DNA from: an uncultured Muribaculaceae bacterium
GTDB taxonomy: Bacteria > Bacillota_I > Bacilli_A > RF39 > UBA660
Direction of reading: 5' to 3'
Length of the DNA: 64,000 nt
Assembly (NCBI GenBank): GCA_964493665.1
Contig: CAZBOZ010000003.1
Coordinates: forward strand, 1,646 to 65,645
Made by a program: the position numbers and the translations under genes. Positions 30,242 through 38,506 of the stretch are shown piece after piece. Position 1 is the first letter of the stretch. Each line of letters starts with the position of its first letter. The notes beneath the pieces are model-generated. The model was not told the DNA's origin. It did no database searches and saw only the letters and a program-made list of their open reading frames with translations.

Positions 30242-30988
30242 ATGTTTACTGATTCTCATTGCCATTTATATAAAGAATATTATAGTAATATAGATAATAT
30301 ATTAGTTTCTGCTTATAACGGCGGTATTAATAGAATTATTAATTGTGGCTGCGATTATAATTCTAATTTAGAAGTTTTAGAAACAATTAATAAATATGCT
30401 AATGTTTATGGGGCTTTAGGAATCCATCCAAATGAGATAAAAGATGTTGAAAAAACAATTAAGCAAATTGAAGAAAACATTCAAAACAAAAAAATAATCG
30501 CCATTGGGGAAATCGGATTAGATTATCATTATGAAGGATTTGATAAAGAAAAGCAAATAATGATTTTTAAAAAAATACTTAATTTAGCGGTTAAATACAA
30601 TAAACCAGTAATTATTCATTCTCGAGATGCCAGTGAAGATACTTACGAAATACTAAAAAAAGCCAAAGTGACCGGTATAATTCATTCTTTTTCTGGCGAT
30701 TTAGAGTTGGCCAATAAGTATATAAATTTAGGCTATTTATTAGGAATAAATGGTACTATAACATTTAAAAATTCTAAACTTATTGAGGTTATAAAAAACA
30801 TTCCTATAAACAAAATATTAGTAGAAACTGATTCACCATATTTATCTCCAATTCCTTTTAGAGGTCAAAAAAATGAGCCAAAACGGTTATTAGAAACAGT
30901 TAAATTTTTAAGCGAAAATTTAAATTTAAATTTAAACATTTTAGCCGATATTTTAGAGAAAAATTTACAAACAATTTTTGACATTTAA
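30242..30988 (+). CDS. TatD family metal-dependent hydrolase/DNase
   Basis: DSHCHL metal motif, GEIGLDYH and ETDSPYL. Confidence 0.9.
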   Translation: MFTDSHCHLYKEYYSNIDNILVSAYNGGINRIINCGCDYNSNLEVLETINKYANVYGALGIHPNEIKDVEKTIKQIEENIQNKKIIAIGEIGLDYHYEGFDKEKQIMIFKKILNLAVKYNKPVIIHSRDASEDTYEILKKAKVTGIIHSFSGDLELANKYINLGYLLGINGTITFKNSKLIEVIKNIPINKILVETDSPYLSPIPFRGQKNEPKRLLETVKFLSENLNLNLNILADILEKNLQTIFDI

Positions 30989-31033
30989 TACGCATTATGA
31001 TACAATTTTATTAGTACATAATGAGGTGTTACT

Positions 31034-31579
31034 ATGGTTAAAAAAGTATTTAATTTTTTACAAATTAGCTTAAAAGTTTTTTTAATTTTAACAGCTGTTT
31101 TAATAGTCCAAAATAGTTCTCGAAAAATAGAAAATAAAGTTGAAAACATTAATTTAAATAAAACTCTAGATTTAGCGGCAATGACAAGAGCAAGCTCAAC
31201 AACGTATGAAGCCGAAGAAATACTTAGAGTTATTGTTGGAGATTTAACTGGATATGCCGCTGATTGCCCTAAATGTACTGGCTTTGTAGGCTGCAAGCCG
31301 TATTTAGATGTTAGAGATGGAACAACAACATATAATGACAAAGTATATGGTGAAGTAAGAATTGTGGCTGCTTCTCCTAAAAACTTAAAATGCGGTAGTA
31401 TAATTACATTTGTTTCTTTAAGAATATCAAAAGATCCTGTAATAGCTATAGTTTTAGATAGGGGAGTAACGGGAACTAGCATAGATTTACTAACAGAAAC
31501 CGAAGCTTTTGCTTCCAAGTATGTTGGCCGTAGTGAAATAGCTTACACAGTTTTAAGAGAAGGATGGGAAAGTGAGTAA
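31034..31579 (+). CDS. secreted 3D-domain (MltA-like double-psi barrel) protein, YabE/StlA-like C-terminus
   Basis: N-terminal TM/signal segment. C-terminal region GDLTGYAADCPKCTG...VAASP..LKCGSIITF...IAIVLDRGVTGTSIDLL resembles 3D domains. Its position between tatD and rsmA matches B. subtilis yabE. Confidence 0.6.
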   Translation: MVKKVFNFLQISLKVFLILTAVLIVQNSSRKIENKVENINLNKTLDLAAMTRASSTTYEAEEILRVIVGDLTGYAADCPKCTGFVGCKPYLDVRDGTTTYNDKVYGEVRIVAASPKNLKCGSIITFVSLRISKDPVIAIVLDRGVTGTSIDLLTETEAFASKYVGRSEIAYTVLREGWESE

Positions 31580-31591
31580 ATCTCACTTTTT
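31571..31591 (+). terminator. candidate terminator (AGTGAG-TAAAT-CTCACT + T-run) overlapping the stop codon
   Basis: A 6-bp stem with the stop codon TAA in the loop, followed by TTTT. Confidence 0.4.
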
Positions 31592-31608
31592 AATTGGAGG
31601 GGATATAA

Positions 31609-32382
31609 TTGAAGCCGAAAAAAAAATTAGGTCAAAATTTTCTTGTTGATAACAATGTTTTACAAAAAATAACATCAGCAGTTAATGCTACAAAATCTGA
31701 TATTATTTTAGAAATTGGCCCAGGTCAGGGCACAATGACTAAAGAATTAGTTAAAATGGCTCCAGTAGTTGCTATAGAACTTGATAAAGAGCTTTCTATA
31801 TATTTAGATTCTATAAAAGAAGCCAATATAATTTATGAAGACATTTTAAATATAAATATAGAAACTATATTAGAAGAGTATACTTATAAAGAAGCATTTA
31901 TAGTGGCTAATATTCCATATTATATAACTACTCCTATAATAAAAAAAATTATTAATTCTAAAATACTTTTTAAAGAAATAATTTTAATGGTTCAAAGCGA
32001 AATGGCCAATCGTCTTTCTTCGTTACCTGGAGAGTCAGATTATGGAAGCTTAACGGTTATTTTGAACTATCATTTTAATATTGAAAAACTATTTACAGTT
32101 AATAAAAAATCTTTCTATCCAATTCCAAAAGTTGATTCGGCGGTGATAAAATTAAAGTCCAAAGAGCAAAAGCTACCACTTAAAAATTATGATTTTTTTG
32201 AGAAATTTGTTAAAGAATGTTTCCTTCATAGGAGGAAAACATTAAAAAACAATTTATTAAAATATAATTTAGATGAAATAAATAGCATTCTTCAAAAGCA
32301 TCATGTTTCTGTTCAAAATCGTCCCCAAGAGTTATCACTTGAAGCATATGTGGATTTAGCTAACTTTTTATCTAATAAATAA
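31609..32382 (+). CDS. rsmA: 16S rRNA (adenine1518/1519-N6)-dimethyltransferase
   Basis: TTG start 6 nt after a GGAGGGG RBS. Has KKLGQNFL and the SAM motif LEIGPGQGTMT. Confidence 0.93.
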   Translation: MKPKKKLGQNFLVDNNVLQKITSAVNATKSDIILEIGPGQGTMTKELVKMAPVVAIELDKELSIYLDSIKEANIIYEDILNINIETILEEYTYKEAFIVANIPYYITTPIIKKIINSKILFKEIILMVQSEMANRLSSLPGESDYGSLTVILNYHFNIEKLFTVNKKSFYPIPKVDSAVIKLKSKEQKLPLKNYDFFEKFVKECFLHRRKTLKNNLLKYNLDEINSILQKHHVSVQNRPQELSLEAYVDLANFLSNK

Positions 32383-32405
32383 ATGCAAATTTAATTTGCA
32401 TTTTT
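32381..32405 (+). terminator. intrinsic terminator after rsmA
   Basis: AAATGCAAAT-TTA-ATTTGCATTT followed by T residues. Confidence 0.55.
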
Positions 32406-32455
32406 ATTTAAATTGATATAAACTATAATTAGTAAATGTGAGAAGGAGTGTTACT

Positions 32456-32761
32456 ATGGAAATTACATCAGTCAGCGTTCGTAAGATCGAAAAAGAAGGA
32501 TCTAGGATGAAGGGCATTGCATCTGTCTTGTTAGATGATTCATTTGCAGTTCATGACATTAGAATTATTGAGGGTGATAATGGTTTGTTTATAGCTATGC
32601 CAAGTAGAAAAACAGCTACCGGTGGTTATAGGGATATAGCTCATCCAATAAATCCAGATGTTAGAAAACAGTTTCAAGAAGCTATTCTTGAAGAATATAA
32701 CAACACCGAATTTGTTCCTAGCGAAAAAAAAGAAACCGAAGAAGAAAAAGAAGAAGAATAA
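32456..32761 (+). CDS. spoVG: septation/regulatory protein SpoVG
   Basis: Start at [24 protein letters not shown] after an AAGGAG RBS. Has the conserved [21 protein letters not shown] and RDIAHPIN. Acidic C-terminal tail. Confidence 0.93.
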   Translation: MEITSVSVRKIEKEGSRMKGIASVLLDDSFAVHDIRIIEGDNGLFIAMPSRKTATGGYRDIAHPINPDVRKQFQEAILEEYNNTEFVPSEKKETEEEKEEE

Positions 32762-32763
32762 TA

Positions 32764-32787
32764 AAAGCCTTACGGCTTTTTCTTTTT
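32764..32787 (+). terminator. intrinsic terminator after spoVG
   Basis: AAAGCC-TTAC-GGCTTT followed by a T-rich run. Confidence 0.55.
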
Positions 32788-32870
32788 GTAAAATTTTGCC
32801 TGTTTATTTTTAAAAGATTGAAAAAAGCTTTAAATAATAATATAATTACTTATGTAGTAGGTGGTTTATT

Positions 32871-33158
32871 ATGAAAGTTTCAGCTAAAGCAAAAAGAAGA
32901 TTTTTGTTATTACTTGTTTGTTTTTTTGGGTTGCTTACTTATTTAGCTATATCTCTTACCGGTTATTGGGTTAAAATATATAACAACAGTAAAGAGTCCA
33001 AAGAGCTACAAACTAAATATAAAGATTTGCTAGCTGATGAAGAGGCCTTAAAGTCCGAAGTGACAAAGCTTCAAGATCCAGATTATGTGGCAAGGTACGC
33101 TAGCGAAAAATATTTATACTCTAAAGATGGAATGACAATAATTAGAATTATTGAATAA
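32871..33158 (+). CDS. septum formation initiator family protein (FtsB/DivIC-like)
   Basis: 95 aa with a single N-terminal TM, a coiled coil and the C-terminal LQDPDYVARYASEKYLY motif typical of DivIC/FtsB. Confidence 0.75.
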   Translation: MKVSAKAKRRFLLLLVCFFGLLTYLAISLTGYWVKIYNNSKESKELQTKYKDLLADEEALKSEVTKLQDPDYVARYASEKYLYSKDGMTIIRIIE

Positions 33159-33238
33159 AAGTGCTATAAAAGACAAATAGTACTTTTATTTTGCTTAAAA
33201 AAAATATATAATAAAAAACTAAGTGAGGAGGCTTTGTT

Positions 33239-33868
33239 TTGAATAAGTATTATATAGAAGATTTCGAAATAAAAGAAAAAGAAATAACCTCCATAATTGG
33301 CACACATAAGCAAAGCTTAATTAATAAATTAAAAAAAAATTATAATATAGCTGTTGTAGAAGATTTATTTAAACACACCAATAAACTTGTTGATGTTATA
33401 ATTCCTAACTCTAAAAGGAGCCAGAAAATAATAAAGCTTCTTGGACTTGAAAAACTATTAAAAAAAAATTATGAAGATTTAGGAATAGAAGATAAATGTC
33501 TTGTTAAAATTACCAGTTATTTAGCAGTTGAAAAAAACATAATAATATTTAATGATATCTTATCTTATCTAAATAATGAAGAAAAGTCCAAGGTAATAAA
33601 GTATATTAAAAGTGAAAAAACGACTTTATTAAATTTCACTTCTGATATAGAAGAAACCTTGTTAGGCAAAAACATAGCCGTTTTAAATAATAATAAAGTC
33701 GTACTAAAAGGGTTGACAATGGAGATTTTGAAAGCCGAAAAGAAATTAAAAGACTTGGGATTATACTTGCCATTTGTAATAGATTTGTCTATTCAACTTA
33801 ACTTGTACGGATTAATTAAAAAAATCTATTCAGATAGCAAAAAATTAATAGGTGACTTATGGAAATAA
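33239..33868 (+). CDS. EcfA-like ABC ATPase homolog with degenerate nucleotide-binding motifs (short form)
   Basis: TTG start 7 nt after a GAGGAGG RBS. The C-terminus KKLKDLGLYLPFVIDLSIQL...LIGDLWK resembles the EcfA C-terminal region. The P-loop position reads IIGTHKQSL (GSG missing), Walker B reads IIIFNDILS and there is no H-loop His. Confidence 0.55.
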   Translation: MNKYYIEDFEIKEKEITSIIGTHKQSLINKLKKNYNIAVVEDLFKHTNKLVDVIIPNSKRSQKIIKLLGLEKLLKKNYEDLGIEDKCLVKITSYLAVEKNIIIFNDILSYLNNEEKSKVIKYIKSEKTTLLNFTSDIEETLLGKNIAVLNNNKVVLKGLTMEILKAEKKLKDLGLYLPFVIDLSIQLNLYGLIKKIYSDSKKLIGDLWK

Positions 33869-34662
33869 TTTTAGATAATGTGTCTGTGCATAATAAGTTA
33901 AAAGCATTAAATTTAACAATAAATAGTGGTGAAATAACTGTTTTATCTGGTGATAGAACAAAAGAGATGGTTCCTAGATTGCTTATGGGATTTGAAAAAA
34001 TAACAAATGGCAACATTTATACTCTAAATAATGAGATAAATAACACAACAACCAGCTTTGCTTTTTTTCAATCTAAAATAGGCTATTTATTTGCAGAGCC
34101 AAACCAATTTTTAACTAATAAAAAAATAAAAAACGAAGTAGCTTTTGGTTTAAAATATTATGGGTTTAATCAAATAAATGATCGAGTTTCTTATTATATA
34201 AATTTGGTTGGACTAGATGATTCTTATCTAGAAGTAAGGTCTTTAGAAGTCGAAATAAACATTCAAAAGAAAGTTATGTTAGCCTCAGTGTTGGCAATAG
34301 AACCAGAAATATTAATTTTAAATTTTATAGAACATGGTCTTAATATTAAAGAGCAAAAAGATTTAAAAAAACTTCTAACTAATTTAAAGAAGAAAAATAA
34401 CATAACAATTATCTTAGTAAGTAATAATTCTAATTTCTTTTTTGATATTGCTGATCGAGTAGTTTTATTTAATAATAATAAAATTAAGCTCGATTCTGGC
34501 ACTAATATATTTTATGAAAAAGATATTACTAAATATTTAGATCTTCCCCCAATAATTAATTTTATTAAATTAGCCAATAAAAGCAAAAAAGGTTTATTAA
34601 AAACTAACGATATAAAAGAATTAATGAAAGATATTTATAGAAATGTAAACGAAAAGCGTTAA
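33859..34662 (+). CDS. EcfA-like ABC ATPase homolog with degenerate nucleotide-binding motifs
   Basis: Overlaps the previous gene by 10 nt and has an ABC fold register. Walker A position reads LSGDRTKEM, the Q-loop FAEPNQF, the signature LEVEINIQKK, Walker B ILILNFIEHGLN and the H-loop LVSNN. EcfA-like C-terminus (LDLPPIINFIKLA...IKELMKDIY). Confidence 0.6.
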   Translation: MEIILDNVSVHNKLKALNLTINSGEITVLSGDRTKEMVPRLLMGFEKITNGNIYTLNNEINNTTTSFAFFQSKIGYLFAEPNQFLTNKKIKNEVAFGLKYYGFNQINDRVSYYINLVGLDDSYLEVRSLEVEINIQKKVMLASVLAIEPEILILNFIEHGLNIKEQKDLKKLLTNLKKKNNITIILVSNNSNFFFDIADRVVLFNNNKIKLDSGTNIFYEKDITKYLDLPPIINFIKLANKSKKGLLKTNDIKELMKDIYRNVNEKR

Positions 34663-34677
34663 ACATGGCGATTTTCA

Positions 34678-34706
34678 TTGACTTTTTTAATTAATTTAAA
34701 TATAAT
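34678..34706 (+). promoter_or_regulatory. sigma-A promoter of rplM-rpsI (TTGACT-17-TATAAT)
   Basis: -35 at 34678-34683, an exact 17-nt spacer and a consensus -10 at 34701-34706. Confidence 0.6.
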
Positions 34707-34785
34707 TTTTACTGGTACATTTATTTACTGTTTTTTTATTCGCCGTGGGAAGGTTTGATAAAAGAAGGTAAAGGAAGGAATTAAT

Positions 34786-35217
34786 ATGAATACATTTATG
34801 CAAAAAAAAGAAACAGTTGAACGTAAATGGTATGTGATTGATGCTGAAGGTAAAAGTTTAGGAAGAGTAGCTTCTAAAGCTGCTAATATTCTACGTGGTA
34901 AACACAAGCCTACTTTCACTCCACATATCGATTGTGGTGATTATGTAATTATAATCAATGCTGAAAAAGTTAATTTAACTGGAGATAAACTAAATAAGAA
35001 AGTTTATTATAACCATAGTGGTTACACTGGTGGGTTAAGAGAAAGAACAGCCAAAATAATGGTAGAAAAATATCCAGAAGAAATGGTTGAGAGAGCTGTA
35101 AAAGGAATGCTTCCAAAAGGAAGGCTTGGTAGACAAACTTATAAAAAATTATTTGTTTATAAAGGAAACGAACATAACCACGAAGCTCAAAAGCCAGAAG
35201 TTTTAGAAGTTAATTAG
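34786..35217 (+). CDS. rplM: 50S ribosomal protein L13
   Basis: 143 aa, begins [25 protein letters not shown]. Confidence 0.97.
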   Translation: MNTFMQKKETVERKWYVIDAEGKSLGRVASKAANILRGKHKPTFTPHIDCGDYVIIINAEKVNLTGDKLNKKVYYNHSGYTGGLRERTAKIMVEKYPEEMVERAVKGMLPKGRLGRQTYKKLFVYKGNEHNHEAQKPEVLEVN

Positions 35218-35225
35218 GAGGATTT

Positions 35226-35645
35226 ATGAGTAAAGTTGAAAGTTATTATGCTACAGGTCGCCGTAAACGCTCAGTAGCTCAAGTAAAATTAACTCCAGGC
35301 AAAGGCAATATAATAGTTAATGGCAAGCCTGTTGGTGAATATATGCCATTTGCCGTATTAGTTATGGATTTAAAACAACCTTTAGTAGCAACAAAAACAG
35401 AGAATAAATTTGATGTTGAAGTTACTGTTAAAGGCGGAGGCTTTTCTGGCCAAACAGGAGCAATTAGATTAGGTATAACGAGAGCCTTAATGGTATATGA
35501 CGCTGACACTGATCAAAGCAGTGATAGTGCCTATCGTAAGATACTTAAAGTAAATGGTTTTGTTACTAGAGATCCTAGGATTAAAGAACGTAAAAAATAT
35601 GGTCTTAAAAAAGCTCGTAGAGCTCCACAATTTAGTAAACGTTAA
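35226..35645 (+). CDS. rpsI: 30S ribosomal protein S9
   Basis: 139 aa. Begins [14 protein letters not shown] and ends ...[12 protein letters not shown]. Confidence 0.97.
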   Translation: MSKVESYYATGRRKRSVAQVKLTPGKGNIIVNGKPVGEYMPFAVLVMDLKQPLVATKTENKFDVEVTVKGGGFSGQTGAIRLGITRALMVYDADTDQSSDSAYRKILKVNGFVTRDPRIKERKKYGLKKARRAPQFSKR

Positions 35646-35653
35646 TTTTTATA

Positions 35654-35677
35654 CCTTGCAAAATTGCAAGGTTTTTT
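35654..35677 (+). terminator. intrinsic terminator after rpsI
   Basis: CCTTGCAA-AA-TTGCAAGG perfect stem followed by TTTTTT. Confidence 0.7.
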
Positions 35678-35701
35678 GTTGCTAATTAGCACTATGTATT
35701 T

Positions 35702-35730
35702 TTGATTTTATTATATTAATTTGTTATAAT
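35702..35730 (+). promoter_or_regulatory. candidate promoter (TTGATT-17-TGtTATAAT) for the DHH-rplI-dnaB string
   Basis: -35 at 35702-35707 and an extended -10 TGTTATAAT ending at 35730. Confidence 0.5.
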
Positions 35731-35749
35731 AATTTTAGTAGGTGGAGAT

Positions 35750-36706
35750 ATGATCAGCTATAATAAAATCGCCAAAAGAATTAAAAAAAGTGATAATGTA
35801 TTTGTTATGGGTCATAAAGCTATCGACTTTGATGCTTTTGGGGCAGCTTTAGCTGTCAACGAGGTCTGCGAAAGACTAAAGAAGAAATGTTATATCATTC
35901 TTGAAGATAGTAAATTAGAAGAAGGAATTAAAAAAAGCTTTGAATATTTAAATGATAATGAAATCAGACCTAAAATTGGCAAATACATTGATTATGCTGA
36001 TAAAATAAAAGAAAATTCTTTGCTAGTTATTGTTGATACTTACTCAGAAAAAAGAGTTCAATCAACTAAACTTTGCTCTTTAATAGATAATAAAATATTT
36101 GTTGACCATCATTTATTTGGATCGCCGATAAATAGTGATTATTTTATTGATGCTAAAACATCTAGTACATGTGAGATGCTAGCCCATATGTTTATAAATA
36201 AAAACATGAGATTAAATAAATATGTGGCAACAATACTGCTAACTGGGATAAATATTGATAGCAATAATTTTAGTATTAAAACAACTAGCAAGACTCATGA
36301 GGCAGCAGCTTATCTATATCGTTGTGGAGCTGAGTTAAATACTTCTAATAATTTTTCAAAAACTAGACTTTCTGATTACATGAGGATTCAAAAGATAATT
36401 TTTAAAACCAAATTTTATAAAAAGAAATATGCGATAGTTTTAGGTAATCGTGATACAATATATGAAAGAAAAAACCTTGCGGTTATTTCTGATACTCTAC
36501 TTATGTTTGATAACGTAATAATGTCTGTAGCTATAGGCTATATTGGCAAGAAAATAGTTGGAGTAAGCGCCAGAAGTGTTTCTTACAATGTTGAAGAGCT
36601 AATGAAAAAATTTGGCGGCGGTGGAACTAAAACTAATGCTGCTTGCCAGATAGAGGGAAAAACCATAAAAGAAGTATATAGTTTGATCAAGGGGGAATTG
36701 AAATGA
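35750..36706 (+). CDS. stand-alone DHH/DHHA1 family phosphoesterase (GdpP catalytic-module-like)
   Basis: DHH motifs (GHKAIDFDAFGA, IVDTY, FVDHHLF) and a DHHA1 glycine motif (FGGGGTKTNAA). Sits directly upstream of rplI, where gdpP (yybT) lies in B. subtilis. Only 318 aa, with no TM/PAS/GGDEF part. Confidence 0.75.
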   Translation: MISYNKIAKRIKKSDNVFVMGHKAIDFDAFGAALAVNEVCERLKKKCYIILEDSKLEEGIKKSFEYLNDNEIRPKIGKYIDYADKIKENSLLVIVDTYSEKRVQSTKLCSLIDNKIFVDHHLFGSPINSDYFIDAKTSSTCEMLAHMFINKNMRLNKYVATILLTGINIDSNNFSIKTTSKTHEAAAYLYRCGAELNTSNNFSKTRLSDYMRIQKIIFKTKFYKKKYAIVLGNRDTIYERKNLAVISDTLLMFDNVIMSVAIGYIGKKIVGVSARSVSYNVEELMKKFGGGGTKTNAACQIEGKTIKEVYSLIKGELK

Positions 36707-37143
36707 GAGTAATACTTTTACAAGATGTTCCTAAACAAGGTAAGAAGAATCAGGTAATAAGTGTTAGTGATGGTTATGCTCATAATTATTTACTAAAAAA
36801 CAATTTAGCAATATTGGCAAATGACAGTAACCTGGCTAAGCTTGAAAAAGATCTAGATCAAAGAAAACAAGATGAAGCAAGTTTTACTGCTGAGATGATT
36901 GTTTTAAAAGAAAAACTAGAGAAAGAAGAATTTGTCTTTAAAGCTAAAGTTGGCAAAAAAGATAAAATGTTTGGAAGTATTTCTAATAAGCAAATTTTTG
37001 AGGTATTAAAAGAAAAAGGATATAATATAAAAAAAGATCAAATAGAAATTATTGAACCTATTAACTCTTTGGGAAGTCATAGAGCAAATGTACATCTTCA
37101 TAAAGAAGTAATGGCCAAATTAATAGTGATAGTAGAAAAATAA
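36703..37143 (+). CDS. rplI: 50S ribosomal protein L9
   Basis: Begins MRVILLQDVPKQGKKNQVISVSDGYAHNYL. Confidence 0.95.
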   Translation: MRVILLQDVPKQGKKNQVISVSDGYAHNYLLKNNLAILANDSNLAKLEKDLDQRKQDEASFTAEMIVLKEKLEKEEFVFKAKVGKKDKMFGSISNKQIFEVLKEKGYNIKKDQIEIIEPINSLGSHRANVHLHKEVMAKLIVIVEK

Positions 37144-37155
37144 GGAAGTGAAATT

Positions 37156-38505
37156 ATGGCAATTCGTCAAATACCACAAAATACAGAAGCAGAAATGGCT
37201 GCCTTAGGGTCAGCTTTTCTTTCCACAAGCGCTAAAGACAAAATATGTGAAGAATTATTAACCGAAATGTTTTATTTAGATAGCCACAAAAGAATATTTG
37301 ATGCTATCAAAGATTTATATGATGAAGGAATTCCTCTTGATATAACTACAATAAAAGAAAAATTATCTAAGAAAAAAGAACTGGATGCAGCTGGTGGTAT
37401 AGAATACTTAACAGAAATAATCGATTCAGTCGCAACCGCAAGTAATATAGAACATTATATAAATATTATTAAGGACAAATATTTATTAAGAAGTATTATT
37501 GAAGTATCAACTAATATTATAACTAATGCTTATGAGTCTAAGGAAAATATCAATGAAATAGTTGATAAGGCTGATAAAGATTTTTCTAATGTTATAAAAA
37601 ACAGGAGAACTGGAGAATTTGTTAAGATTAGTGAAATTTTAAGAAAAACTCAAGATAACTTAGAAAGACTGGCTAAAAATAAAAGTGATATTACAGGGTT
37701 AGCAACTGGATTTTATGGATTGGATAAAATAACTAGTGGTCTTCAACCCCATGATTTAATTATTTTAGCAGCCAGACCGGCAATGGGGAAAACAGCGCTT
37801 GGTTTAAATATTGCCACTAATGTAGCTTTAACTAGTAATAAATCAGTAGCTGTATTTAGTTTAGAAATGGGCGCTGAACAACTAGTAATAAGAATGCTGG
37901 CTTCAGTAGGTGGAATTGAAATAAATAAACTTCGTACGGGAAGGCTTGAACATGATGATTGGAAAAGGCTTAATGAAGCAATTAGTGAGTTAGCTGATGC
38001 AAAGCTTTATATTGAGGATGCTTCTGGTATGACTGTGTCAGAAATTAGAGCAAAATGCCGTAGATTAGCTAACTCGTCAGATGGCCTATCTTTGGTAGTA
38101 ATAGATTACTTACAGTTGATTGCTGGAAGTGCTAGATATGCCGGTCAAAGGCAACAAGAAGTATCAGAAATTTCTCGAGCTTTAAAAACTTTAGCTATGG
38201 AACTACATATTCCAATTGTAGCCTTAGCTCAATTATCAAGAAGTCCGGAATTAAGAGAAAATAAAAGACCTAATTTGAGCGATTTAAGAGAAAGTGGCTC
38301 TATTGAGCAAGATGCCGATATAGTGGCTTTCTTATATCGTGATGATTATTACAATAAAACTAGTGAAATGAGTAATAACTCAGTTACGGAGTTAATAATT
38401 GGCAAACACCGTAACGGAGCAACCGGAACGATTAATTTGTTGTTTGAAAAAAACATGAGTAATTTCAGAAATTACATGGATACTGAACTTAAAGAAGGAG
38501 AATAA
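37156..38505 (+). CDS. dnaB: replicative DNA helicase (DnaB family; DnaC in B. subtilis nomenclature)
   Basis: Begins IPQNTEAEMAALGS. Walker A ARPAMGKTA and the RecA-like C-terminal domain. rplI-dnaB synteny. Confidence 0.95.
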   Translation: MAIRQIPQNTEAEMAALGSAFLSTSAKDKICEELLTEMFYLDSHKRIFDAIKDLYDEGIPLDITTIKEKLSKKKELDAAGGIEYLTEIIDSVATASNIEHYINIIKDKYLLRSIIEVSTNIITNAYESKENINEIVDKADKDFSNVIKNRRTGEFVKISEILRKTQDNLERLAKNKSDITGLATGFYGLDKITSGLQPHDLIILAARPAMGKTALGLNIATNVALTSNKSVAVFSLEMGAEQLVIRMLASVGGIEINKLRTGRLEHDDWKRLNEAISELADAKLYIEDASGMTVSEIRAKCRRLANSSDGLSLVVIDYLQLIAGSARYAGQRQQEVSEISRALKTLAMELHIPIVALAQLSRSPELRENKRPNLSDLRESGSIEQDADIVAFLYRDDYYNKTSEMSNNSVTELIIGKHRNGATGTINLLFEKNMSNFRNYMDTELKEGE

Positions 38506-38506
38506 G

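Noticed and set aside
30985-31518. 177-aa minus-strand ORF opposite the 3D-domain gene
   Set aside because: The plus-strand ORF has a signal/TM segment, a 3D-like C-terminus, an RBS and synteny with yabE. The minus-strand translation is S/T/V/L-rich with no motifs. I judged it spurious.
34707-34785. Possible L13 (rplM) leader attenuator, because of a T7 run at about 34731-34737
   Set aside because: I could not find a stable stem preceding the T-run; there is only a direct repeat TTTACTG. Without a covariance-model search the call is unsupported.
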